From positions 32,001-96,000 of the IMG/VR virus record IMGVR_UViG_3300032332_000934: a stretch of DNA of 64,000 bases; one strand, given 5' to 3'. Both the position numbers and the translations under genes were made by a program. The notes beneath the pieces are model-generated. The model saw nothing but the letters and a program-made list of their open reading frames with translations. It was not told the origin of the DNA and searched no databases. The DNA is from a virus. Taxonomy: Duplodnaviria > Caudoviricetes. Positions 55,501-64,000 of this stretch are shown piece after piece (position 1 is the first letter of the stretch; the number at the start of each line of letters is the position of its first letter).

Positions 55501-55844
55501 CAATATTTATAAACCATATCTGGGCCAGGATAATAAAGTCTTGGTTTTGTTCCAGGATCAATATCCTTTGGTCTTGCAAAAGAGTCTGTAGGTGTATCAG
55601 TATTGCCAGTTGTATAAACCATATATTTAATTCCTGGAGATAGAGGTCTAAATGGTTTATATATTGCATCTATTGGAAATAGCTTCTTAAAAGCTTTCTC
55701 ATATGTATTTGTTAGGGCTGAAGATTCCGCTTTGATATATTCAACCATTGAGTTTAGGTTATATTCTAGGGTACCGCCTGCTGAAGTTGAAATTGCAGAA
55801 CTTTTTTTAAGAAGATCTTTTGTAATATTTGAAACAGCTATCAT
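52581..55844 (-). CDS. large minor tail protein (hub-like)
   Basis: Position after TMP and distal tail gene; TVWD.LQELC.D.....F.DE...L.F and FGNP.I..GD.V.I hub motifs. Confidence 0.75.
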   Translation of the reverse strand: MIAVSNITKDLLKKSSAISTSAGGTLEYNLNSMVEYIKAESSALTNTYEKAFKKLFPIDAIYKPFRPLSPGIKYMVYTTGNTDTPTDSFARPKDIDPGTKPRLYYPGPDMVYKYWLAPKNTNIDISLEYFSDEAKTINKLIPANKILARFETSHDTPTSWTITAVKEDNTTVSASGTTLNSSGEAIIHYNGTTWSTTEPSTYTTTQYFKKVSLQAVNSNTGKLIGVIEFSPRWVLPIDSDIISFRVNKETTSDSTSIVPVGIITANYLSMSIMKPHTTSKSIIEYDRKSVIDNTKIYLFKNVMVKPYINIGDGITSEKAIQGTFYVNSWTLSEFGEANIEATDAAKILQDTLCPQLLIQDSPVTATIKRILDSIGFSNYRINVKKTNGIVDDNSIPSLTYWWSDGDKTVWDVLQELCRDIQMNAFVDEYNVLNFYTRNYIYDNTIDAAWTFTSEEIKTGSVISYSPNIISLDAEELFSANQVRVRYSTAFVSTNQQSSSPLWKSSESFLGAGSLATDISDSSTIFQLNPNTINSARTDKVLGEFSGYVLVNGEIIEYEGLWYQYVPSSTGVPTRVLIKNQSDIWKYSALAKTGYKNFYPTGEYNIKTRGALSTSKTDHKKTLDSYVNQSGESDSNKFNLYNIILATPDTAKLKPGVGKLSTPASATGETISKSYLAVSNLDTDKKTFDIALKSFNSIEIDNPYVAYGTRMFFDSQVNSPEQVGGIGFCLDSTGKNGYYVLIRTTAFSGLQKDIMVIKVKDNKLKVLKDSQQTSTKTLSGIYAGSSYNVDVLVKRESLSGNIFKNTITVFINGFKITAVDAGDDSTNTYIPPTAITKNVGLHCGQGIAYFEYLYAKSINEAVYNTNNLTQSYQHSGVYADDTLSMLYGDLIYNDGGTTADQSGALFEFGTTAREIRKTKIQYDDRPAIPIQFRTSLNKYATILDQRLQPFGAESYVLNNTSTTIILDDSNNTSFYVLGNSIQRSGVIDYDTDQSTDSENKESVIFESSWIQSEEDAKLLAEWIKSNILNKGKSISMSVFGNPLISAGDIVKINYPILGLTESSNKYIVTRCTLDYAEGVRTEISCRAI

Positions 55845-56431
55845 ACCTGCTCCAGGGATAAGTTAACACTCCAAAATGGTTGTAGTCCTCTTTTTATAAT
55901 TGTAAAATCGCATGAGCTGAACATCATTGTATAAGTATAATCATCTGCTAATGCTCCGTCAGACTGTTCAACTAAATCTATAGAAAAAACTGTTGGATTC
56001 AATTTGATTCTAAATGGAAGACGCCCTGCAGTGCTTTCATAAAAATTCTTTAAATCTTCTGCTCCCCAGGCACCGTCTACCGTTTCGTTTCTAAAAGATG
56101 GCAACATTTCCCAGGATACATTTACTGATAACTTATCTGCAATAAAATATTTCCTCATTATTCCATTTGCCATTCTCTGTCCAGTTTCAATTCTATTAAT
56201 ATTAAGAGATAATGGTGATCGATTATGCTCAGTAACTCTTCTAAATTTTAATTGATTTTTAGAACTAAGAGATAAATTATTTACAGTTGCAGTTGCAGAA
56301 TTATATGTAGATCCTGGAGCGGTAACTGTAGCACCCTTATAATCAAATGAATTTGTTGCTGGATCAATTGCAAATGGATCAATTGCCTCAATATAAAGTA
56401 TTGAGCCTTTGCTTAAATTTTGAAAACTCAT
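55841..56431 (-). CDS. distal tail protein-like
   Basis: Directly after TMP; R.ANG.MR.Y...K....VSW..LP, ends L.LEQV. Confidence 0.65.
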   Translation of the reverse strand: MSFQNLSKGSILYIEAIDPFAIDPATNSFDYKGATVTAPGSTYNSATATVNNLSLSSKNQLKFRRVTEHNRSPLSLNINRIETGQRMANGIMRKYFIADKLSVNVSWEMLPSFRNETVDGAWGAEDLKNFYESTAGRLPFRIKLNPTVFSIDLVEQSDGALADDYTYTMMFSSCDFTIIKRGLQPFWSVNLSLEQV

Positions 56432-59400
56432 TATGGACCAACCCTTCTATTTACTCCAGCAGCCATTTCTCTAATTCTCATTTCTTTATGTATTGAAGCG
56501 GCAACTTCATCTGCTGTAAGATTAGTTCCATTTAACTCGACATTAATATTATACAATGAGTTTGAAGAGGAAGCAAGGCCGCCGTCTGCATATCTTACAC
56601 GGCCACCACTTGACATCTTAGGAACATTATAACTAACCATTCCTCCAGATGCCATTCTATTAATACTATCTAGCATTGGAACTCCAGCTGCTTGAACAGC
56701 TTTTGCATTTATTACATATTCACCATTTGAAAGCATTGCTGGAATAGAATCAGATGTTGGTGTTCCTGCTCCAGATATATATCCACCAGTAGCGGCTTTG
56801 ATTCTAGATCCCTTGGTTTTTGTTTTATCATCCCAAGCGTAAACTTCTGTTCCGCTTTCATTGCTTACATAGTCTTTACCGTTCCAACTAAATCTATACC
56901 ATACAGTATCATTAATAGAAACCATTTTTGATGATCCTGCAGATCTAGCTTTTTTAGCTGCTTCCAAAGCTGTTTTCCCAGAACCAGATTGAATTTTATC
57001 TGGCCCAAATTCTACAGTTCCTTTTGGTGCTGGTCCCTTATATCCACCAAGAGCTCTTACAACTTCATCCTTTAACTCTTTAAGAGTTGTTCCGCCAGTA
57101 ATTGCTAATGCTAATTTTTCAACAGCTGCTAAGTCTTTATTAAATTGATTTAATACACTTGAATTTGTTGTTATATTTGATGAAAGTATTGGTTTACCAT
57201 TTTTATCAAATCCAGTAGGTGATCCAGTTGTTGTTGTAGTTGGTGATTTAGGACTTCCATCTGCATTAAAATATGCTGCAAAAGCATCTCTTGTTGTTTT
57301 AGCAGATGCGCTTGACCCAGTGCCAGATTTTTGAATTTCTTTAATTAATGCAATAAGCTCTGATGTTACTTTTGCTTCTGCGTCAGCTTTTTCTTTTGCT
57401 GGAAGAAGCTTTGCATCAATTGCTCTTGTAGTAAGGTCACTATATCTTGTTTGAAAGCCAGTTAGCTTTGTAACAATTTCAGCAGCAGATGCTGAATTAT
57501 CTTGAGCATTTTGAAATGCTACTGTTGTTTTATCAGATGCATTTTGAATTCCCTCTGCTTGTTTTTCTAATGGAGCTTTAGCTTTTATTGCAGCATCTTC
57601 AATTGCTTTAGATGCTAACTCACTTTGTCTATTTGATGTAAGTTGATCAATATCTAGCTGTGCTCTTGTAGCAGTAGCCATATCTCCACGAGAAACTGCA
57701 TCTGCATATTCTATTTGAAGTTTTTGTAATTCTATTGCATAATTTGATGCATCTTGAGTTGCTTTTAAAGCTTCTAATTTTTTATTTTTCTCATCTTCAA
57801 TAAGCTTAATTTTTTTAGCAATTAACTTAAGTTCTTCTTGTGCACTTCTTTGTGCAGCTGCTGCAGATCTTTGAGATGCAGCTGATGTTAACTTTATGCT
57901 ATTTTGTAATTTTGTTAATGCTGCGCCGAGGGTACCAAACGTTGTTTCTGATCCAGCTGCTTTTGTTAAATCAGAGATTCCTGTTCCAATAGCTGATGTA
58001 AATCCAGCTAGTTTAATTGCTAATGTAGAATCAATTTTGCTTAAATCAATATTAATATTAGCTGTAAACAATTTCCATTTTGCTAATATTCCCTTTATGC
58101 TATCTGCCTCATTTGCAATTGATGCCAGCAGAGGTTGGGTTTTTTGAAGATTTGAATAAACATCTGACCCAATTGCATTATTAATTCCTGGATTATTTTT
58201 TTCTGCATTAGACATAATTATTTGATAGGCTTTATACTCGTCAATAACATTTCCTAATTCATCTTTAGTTCCCACCAAGGAGGTTGTGGCATTTGTAAAT
58301 ACATTTATTAATCCCTCAAAACCATTTCCAACTTCTTTATACCAATCAGCTGTACCAGATCCTTTGTTCAAAGTATTTACTAGGTTACCAACTGAAAATT
58401 CTGCAGCTGAAGCTTTATCAATAATAGCTCCAAATTCTGTATCCGCAAGAACTTTATATGACTGAGATGCTTTATTACTATTAGACAAAGCTCCCCAAAT
58501 TTTTCTATTTGCCTCTTCAACACTTAAGCCAGCAGCAATCATTTGAGCTTTTTGATTTGATACTAGTCTATTTGTTTCTGATGAGCTTGAAGACCTATTA
58601 ATAGATTCAATTAAATCTTTTAACCCTTTGCCTTCTTCTTTAGCTTTTTTCATATCTTCTATTGATTGTGGCAATCCTGGCATTCCAATTCCACTATAAG
58701 AAGAACCTTTTGCTGCTGCAGTTACTGTTTTTTGCTTATCAATATACATTTGCATTGTTTCTTGAAGATTAAAATATTTTATTCCTGCTTGCTCGGCAGC
58801 TTTTGCAGTCATGGAAAGACCCATACGGGCATCTTGCCAATCATCTTGAACTCTTTTATAAATTTTAAATCCTTCAAATACTGCAGTTATTGCAAGTCCT
58901 ACTGGGCCAAAGCCTTTTAAAACATTTAATGCTTTAGATGAAATTTCAGTAAGCGAAAGTGCTCCGCCTCTTAAAGATGTTAGTGCACCACTAACTGAAG
59001 CAATTCCAGCCTTTGCTTTATCTGCCATGGCAACCCATGGAATCATTGGAAGAATGCTTGAGCCAATCATCAATCCCATACCAGCTTGCATTCCAGTTAG
59101 TCCGCCAACTTTTTCTTGCTGCATCATTGCCATTCCAGCCATTGATCCAGCCATACCAATTCCCATTTGAGCTCCCATACCCATTCCGTTTGATCTTGGA
59201 ATTGCATGTCCTGCTGCTGCAGCTTGTTTTGCACTCATTGCTTGGCCATTAACCATGTATTCAGTTTTTCTAAAACCTAAGCTTCCAACTTTTCTTTTTT
59301 CAATTCCTTCTTGGCCAGTTGGTTTCCATGAACCAATAATTCCTGGGCCAGTCATCATACCAACCTGCTTGCCAGTTGAAAGATTTATTGGCATTCCAGT

Positions 59401-62400
59401 TACTGGATGAAGTCCATATGCTCCAGGATATGCTTGTCCAAGTCTTCCAGCATTTTCTGCACGAACTCCAGAAGCAAAAATACTTCCAGTTGCTTGCATC
59501 ATTGTTGCTTTCATTCTCATTGTTGCAAGTGCTGATCTACCTGAGTTAACCATATTTTTTGTAAACTCTTGATAAGCCTGCTTAACGTGAGTTCCAGATG
59601 TCATCAATCCATATCTTAATGTAACTGCACCCTTAGTAGCTGAGTTTGCAAGCAATGTAAATCCTGCTTCTAAATATCTTGCCTTCATAATTGCAGAGTT
59701 TCTAAATGGATCAACTATATTGTTAACCATTACTTGGCCAGGATTATAAAAACTTGTTGTTCCAGTTCTAACCGCTTCTCTTCCAAGTCCAGATGTTAGA
59801 GCTTGCTGTCCAGACATCTGATGAGAGGCTGCTCTAGAGGCTGCGGCTCTTGCATCTCTTTCTCTTTGTGCACGTTGCTCAGATTCCCATGCAGCTCTAG
59901 CAGCTGGGTTTCCAGGTCTTCCGTAAGCATGTCGGCCTCTTTGGATTGATCCTCCTATTGGGCCTCCGCTATTTCTTTTTGCCTGAACATGAACTGCGTG
60001 TAATGGTGTAAAGTCTGTCTCCATTCCAGCTTCAAATCTTTGTAGTAATTTAATGTATGGGGCTCTATCTGCTTTTGGCATACTAGCAATAAACTTAACA
60101 AGCTTTGGATGCATTTTTTTCATAGCAGATTTCATTTTTCTGTCATACTGCTTTGCTGTCATTCCACCAGCAATTGGTGCTGTGTTTACTGCAAAATCTT
60201 TTCTTGCCCCTCCTTTAACTCCAAGGAGATTTATCATTGCCTGCTCTCTCATTGAAGGAAGTGACTTTGCAAACTCTGTGTTACCAGATGCTTTTGGAAA
60301 AACTCCAGCTGCTCCGACATCAGCTAAAACATTTCCAAATACGTTTGATGGGGAAAGGTCTTTGTTATTCATTACTAAAGAAGCAATTGTTTGTCTAATC
60401 ATTTCATCTTCTGTGAATTGAGTTCCACCGCCAGCAAATCTTTTATCAAATGGTGATTCTAAACCTAGCAACTTTGATTTTCCAGATGGGTCAAGCGGGT
60501 TCAATATTGTTTTAATTGTTTGTTCTGGTGCATCTAAGCCAAAAACTTCCCTAGCCATTCTAGTTCCATATATTTCTGCTTTTGCAGATATTTCATTTGG
60601 AACACCCTTAAAGAATTTAAGATTTCCATTAGTGTCTTTATATAAACCAGAAACTCCAGGAACTGGATAACTCATACCAGAACTTGGCTGGATCATATGA
60701 CCATATTCGGTTGGGGCCATGCTTCCATAAGGACCATCAGCTGTTTGCTTTGACATAGCTCGTGCTGACTCTAAAATCTTAAGCTGTTTTCCTGGTGATA
60801 GCAAACTTAATAATGAAGATGTGGTAGTCACTTTATTTCTATTAGCTACTGCTTCTTTAATCCAAGGATACTTTATCATATCCGCCTCGCGCTTTTTAGC
60901 ATTTGCTTCTTGCTGAGCTAGCCTTAAAGCTTCTAGTCTTGGAGATAGCGGAGGAATTCCATACGAAGATCGATTTGCAGATATTGATCCGCCTGGAATA
61001 ATTCCACCCTTATTAAGCAGAACTGGAATAGGAGGCCTTCCTCTAAATACCCATTTCTTTCTAGATGCAGCGGCTTCTAGCAACATACTTAATGAACTTC
61101 TTTGGTTCTTGGTTGATCTTACTACATTTCCAGATTGAATTTGAGCTTTGCTCTTAAATAATCCATCATCTTGTAGTGCTGTAAATATATCATTTGGCGT
61201 AGCAATTCTTGAAAGCCCAACATTTTTTAATGCTAACTCAAGATTTTTTCTTGCATCTAAACCAGTTAAACTTAAAACATCTGGAGATATTCCTATTTTT
61301 TGAAGTGTAGCCATTACACTATTTATATCATGAGGAAGAACTGCAGCAACACCCATATGACCTCTAGTTGCATATCCAACCTGCCCATGTCTTAGCAGAT
61401 GACCTCTTACATTTCTATCCAATAATGGTGAGCCGTTCGGATTAATTTTTGTTGGAGTTACATTTTCAACTAAATCCCATACATTTTCAAATGCTTTGCT
61501 ATTTAACATAGCATCTCTTACTTTATTTAAATTATTATTTAAACCCTTACTAGCAGTAGTTCGTGTTGCAGCAGAATTTGGATGCTTTAATGCTGGGTAT
61601 CTTCTTTCAAGGCCCTTGACCTGCTTAATTCTTTGTTCAATAAATTTTTCTAGAGATCCACCAGAAGATGCTTTTGCTAAATCAAAATTGCTTGAAGCAG
61701 CTCTAATAGCTCTTTCTGGAGACATTTTAGCATACTCAACTAGTTCAGATGCATCAAGCATAATCATTCTTAGTCTAACATCATCTTCATATCTTGGATT
61801 ATTAATAAATCTTAAATATTCCTTCATCTGTTTTTTAAATTCAGTTTTATTAATGCCATTTGGAGTATTGACTGTTTCTCTTCCATAACCAGATACACCA
61901 CTCATTATTTGCCCGCCAAAATTATATCCATTATTTGCTGCATCAATTGCAGCATAAAGCTCTGGCATTTTTTGAATCTTTGGACCAAACACAGTTTCCC
62001 GTGGAGTAAGTGCTGCTGTTATTTCTCCGCCATTTTCATAAGTAGCTGATGCCATTGCAATAAGTGGTGCGTTTGCTGGATCCATTGAAGCACCTTGGTT
62101 TAACACATATCCACCTATTGGTACACTGCCAAGTCGATCATCATAATTTATTGATGATGGGCCAGATACTGTTGTTCTATTAGGACCAAATGATTCTACA
62201 TCTCCACCAGTATTAAATTTTGGAAGTCTTGTTGTTTGAATACTATATGGTGCTCCAAAGGTTCTAACCCCACGTAATCTTCCAAACTCTTCCATTACAG
62301 AAGCATTTGCTTTTTTCTTATATAAATCTCTTAATGTAAATTGTCCATTAGTATCAACAACAGGTTGATTCATCATTGGAGCTTTTGTTGGATCTAATAC

Positions 62401-64000
62401 TCTTCCTCTAGAAATAGCAAGCATCTGTATTTCACCTGACATTTGAGATTCAATGCTGGCATTAAGGGCTAATATTTTAGCTTTTGCTTCTTCTACTGTA
62501 ATTTCAGCATTTCTCATTTGTTGTACAATCAATGCTGATTGATCTGCTGCAGAGATTGCAAATTTTTGAGTTATTGGCAATATGTCATCAAATGTATTTA
62601 ATAATTCTGCACTAACAGTTCCGCCCATTGCAATTGTTTTCTTTAGTGCGGCAACCTCTTGCTCTGTTTGCATACCAAGCGTAGCCATAAGAGCATGGAA
62701 TTTTGCAGCTTCTGCTGGTACAATTCCAGTTGAAATTCCTTTTACACTAGTAAGACCTTCAATATTTGGAAGCCTTTCATGCATATACATTTGAGGAGTT
62801 CTTGATATCCCTCTGTTAACTGGAACTGCTCCTGGAACTCCACCAAATATAGTTGCAGGATTATTAGCATCTCTAGGATTAATATGAGACATAGATCTAG
62901 TATTAGGATCTCCAACATAAGGATCATTAGGATCAACTACTCTTCTGCCTGCTGCCATAACTGGATTGCCAGCAACTGTACTAATTGCTCCATTGACTGG
63001 CACAGCATTTTTCATTGATGCTGATTGAAGATTTTGATAATCTAAAACAAGCTTTTGTAATGCATTGTGTAAAACTTGAGCTGCTGCAGCATCTGAATAA
63101 AATGCATTTTCAACCATAAGTGCTGCTTTTTCAGCGGCAATAATTTCTGGAGTAAGCATTTTCCATCCATGAGCTTTTTGAAAAAATGCTCTAAGTTGCA
63201 CAACGCCTTTAGTTATATAACCAAAGAAGTTTGCAAGTACACCAGTTAACATAATAAGTGGTCCAACTAAAGCAGTAAATCCTGCCATAAAAGTAAGAGC
63301 TTTTTTAATTGGCGTTGGAAGCCCAGTAAAGAAATCTAGAATTTTTGAAGCTGCATTAATAAATTTAGTAGCCACACCAAGAAATTCTTCACCTACAGAT
63401 GCAAGCTCTGCTCTTAATCCTTCCATTGCTCTTTTATATTTACCTGATGCAGACTCTGTAACCATTCCTAATTCTCGACTAGCAACTGCTGCTAGATCTG
63501 ATGTACTGGCTTTCATTAATTCCATAACCTGAACTGTTTGACTACCCTGTTTGCCTAAATTATTAAGTAAAGCACTCATTCTTGCAAACTGAAATTTGCC
63601 AAACATTTGTTCTAACGCTCTGGCTTTACTTAATGGGTCAAGCTTATCTAATGCTGATTGAAGATCAAGCAATAAACCTGTTGTATTACCAGTATTTTTT
63701 GCAACCATTCCCATAACATCAATACCAAACCCCGCCATCATTCCTGTTGTTTGTTTTGTTGGATTTATTAGAGAAGCTAAACCAGACTTTAGTGCATTTG
63801 CGCCTTCAGCAGCACTAATTCCACCTTCACGCATAGCAGTTAAATAAAGAGCTAAATCTTTTACGCTACCTCCTAATTGATTAATAACTGGACCAGCTTT
63901 TGGAATTGCTTCTACCAGATCGTTAAGAGTTGTTGAAGTTTGGTTTTCTACTGCGTTTAAAAAGTTAATTGATTCCGTAAGCTCTTTTGTGTTTTGTTTA
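56431..64000 (-). CDS. tape measure protein, partial (5' end beyond window), with embedded kinase-like domain
   Basis: Frame stays open upstream of the called Met to the window edge; TP901-like core (A...ANALKS.L..L..PT), hydrophobic segments, C-terminal GG.ISG.GT.TSDSIPAMLSNGEYV. Confidence 0.92.
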   Translation of the reverse strand, partial: KQNTKELTESINFLNAVENQTSTTLNDLVEAIPKAGPVINQLGGSVKDLALYLTAMREGGISAAEGANALKSGLASLINPTKQTTGMMAGFGIDVMGMVAKNTGNTTGLLLDLQSALDKLDPLSKARALEQMFGKFQFARMSALLNNLGKQGSQTVQVMELMKASTSDLAAVASRELGMVTESASGKYKRAMEGLRAELASVGEEFLGVATKFINAASKILDFFTGLPTPIKKALTFMAGFTALVGPLIMLTGVLANFFGYITKGVVQLRAFFQKAHGWKMLTPEIIAAEKAALMVENAFYSDAAAAQVLHNALQKLVLDYQNLQSASMKNAVPVNGAISTVAGNPVMAAGRRVVDPNDPYVGDPNTRSMSHINPRDANNPATIFGGVPGAVPVNRGISRTPQMYMHERLPNIEGLTSVKGISTGIVPAEAAKFHALMATLGMQTEQEVAALKKTIAMGGTVSAELLNTFDDILPITQKFAISAADQSALIVQQMRNAEITVEEAKAKILALNASIESQMSGEIQMLAISRGRVLDPTKAPMMNQPVVDTNGQFTLRDLYKKKANASVMEEFGRLRGVRTFGAPYSIQTTRLPKFNTGGDVESFGPNRTTVSGPSSINYDDRLGSVPIGGYVLNQGASMDPANAPLIAMASATYENGGEITAALTPRETVFGPKIQKMPELYAAIDAANNGYNFGGQIMSGVSGYGRETVNTPNGINKTEFKKQMKEYLRFINNPRYEDDVRLRMIMLDASELVEYAKMSPERAIRAASSNFDLAKASSGGSLEKFIEQRIKQVKGLERRYPALKHPNSAATRTTASKGLNNNLNKVRDAMLNSKAFENVWDLVENVTPTKINPNGSPLLDRNVRGHLLRHGQVGYATRGHMGVAAVLPHDINSVMATLQKIGISPDVLSLTGLDARKNLELALKNVGLSRIATPNDIFTALQDDGLFKSKAQIQSGNVVRSTKNQRSSLSMLLEAAASRKKWVFRGRPPIPVLLNKGGIIPGGSISANRSSYGIPPLSPRLEALRLAQQEANAKKREADMIKYPWIKEAVANRNKVTTTSSLLSLLSPGKQLKILESARAMSKQTADGPYGSMAPTEYGHMIQPSSGMSYPVPGVSGLYKDTNGNLKFFKGVPNEISAKAEIYGTRMAREVFGLDAPEQTIKTILNPLDPSGKSKLLGLESPFDKRFAGGGTQFTEDEMIRQTIASLVMNNKDLSPSNVFGNVLADVGAAGVFPKASGNTEFAKSLPSMREQAMINLLGVKGGARKDFAVNTAPIAGGMTAKQYDRKMKSAMKKMHPKLVKFIASMPKADRAPYIKLLQRFEAGMETDFTPLHAVHVQAKRNSGGPIGGSIQRGRHAYGRPGNPAARAAWESEQRAQRERDARAAASRAASHQMSGQQALTSGLGREAVRTGTTSFYNPGQVMVNNIVDPFRNSAIMKARYLEAGFTLLANSATKGAVTLRYGLMTSGTHVKQAYQEFTKNMVNSGRSALATMRMKATMMQATGSIFASGVRAENAGRLGQAYPGAYGLHPVTGMPINLSTGKQVGMMTGPGIIGSWKPTGQEGIEKRKVGSLGFRKTEYMVNGQAMSAKQAAAAGHAIPRSNGMGMGAQMGIGMAGSMAGMAMMQQEKVGGLTGMQAGMGLMIGSSILPMIPWVAMADKAKAGIASVSGALTSLRGGALSLTEISSKALNVLKGFGPVGLAITAVFEGFKIYKRVQDDWQDARMGLSMTAKAAEQAGIKYFNLQETMQMYIDKQKTVTAAAKGSSYSGIGMPGLPQSIEDMKKAKEEGKGLKDLIESINRSSSSSETNRLVSNQKAQMIAAGLSVEEANRKIWGALSNSNKASQSYKVLADTEFGAIIDKASAAEFSVGNLVNTLNKGSGTADWYKEVGNGFEGLINVFTNATTSLVGTKDELGNVIDEYKAYQIIMSNAEKNNPGINNAIGSDVYSNLQKTQPLLASIANEADSIKGILAKWKLFTANINIDLSKIDSTLAIKLAGFTSAIGTGISDLTKAAGSETTFGTLGAALTKLQNSIKLTSAASQRSAAAAQRSAQEELKLIAKKIKLIEDEKNKKLEALKATQDASNYAIELQKLQIEYADAVSRGDMATATRAQLDIDQLTSNRQSELASKAIEDAAIKAKAPLEKQAEGIQNASDKTTVAFQNAQDNSASAAEIVTKLTGFQTRYSDLTTRAIDAKLLPAKEKADAEAKVTSELIALIKEIQKSGTGSSASAKTTRDAFAAYFNADGSPKSPTTTTTGSPTGFDKNGKPILSSNITTNSSVLNQFNKDLAAVEKLALAITGGTTLKELKDEVVRALGGYKGPAPKGTVEFGPDKIQSGSGKTALEAAKKARSAGSSKMVSINDTVWYRFSWNGKDYVSNESGTEVYAWDDKTKTKGSRIKAATGGYISGAGTPTSDSIPAMLSNGEYVINAKAVQAAGVPMLDSINRMASGGMVSYNVPKMSSGGRVRYADGGLASSSNSLYNINVELNGTNLTADEVAASIHKEMRIREMAAGVNRRVGP

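Noticed and set aside
2464-62794. All plus-strand ORFs in the track (e.g. 6440..7111, 14343..15098, 12390..12902, 36132..36554)
   Set aside because: They lie antisense to well-supported minus-strand genes, mirror their codon bias or repeats, and show no recognisable motifs
1-64000. Stop-codon reassignment
   Set aside because: Long genes are intact in code 11, TAA/TAG/TGA all end genes with tight coupling, and no suppressor tRNA is seen
1-64000. Prophage or bacterial chromosome segment
   Set aside because: Single-strand phage-like organisation throughout with host-like genes interspersed; no integrase, att site or host flank is visible, though lifestyle cannot be determined from this window

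Overview
The window is a gene-dense, AT-rich segment of a large tailed-phage genome, probably siphovirus-like, with essentially all genes on the minus strand. WhiB, AhpC/AhpD, an FmdB zinc ribbon and leaderless promoters suggest an actinobacterial host, possibly low-GC freshwater acI/Nanopelagicales (inference). Read in transcription order, from high to low coordinates, it has five blocks. (1) Tail module: tape measure protein (5' end outside the window), distal and minor tail proteins, and a large fibre-like protein. (2) Replication/recombination: DnaB, primase, two ssDNA-binding proteins, DnaE, RecA, Cas4-like nuclease, RuvC. (3) Terminase. (4) Four tRNAs with stress and modification genes: carbamoyltransferase, AhpC/AhpD, Hsp20, CysC fusion. 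(5) Surface, lysis and accessory genes. Main observations: (a) the tape measure protein looks like a polyprotein, with cargo segments bounded by a repeated GGxI-x6-YG motif, one being a HipA/PI3K-like kinase domain; (b) a fibre-like protein combines seven thrombospondin-like Cys repeats, 21 (I/V)N(T/N) tripeptides and a C-terminal Hint self-cleaving domain; (c) eight genes encode 2OG-Fe(II) oxygenases, alongside a sulfotransferase, an APS kinase/nucleotidyltransferase fusion and a carbamoyltransferase; (d) two covarying copies of a small pseudoknot RNA and a ROSE-like hairpin lie around hsp20/ahpD; (e) two genes appear to start at ATT; (f) tandem MCxxCGCG micropeptides were missed by the ORF track. 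All calls come from motif recognition by eye; no searches were run.
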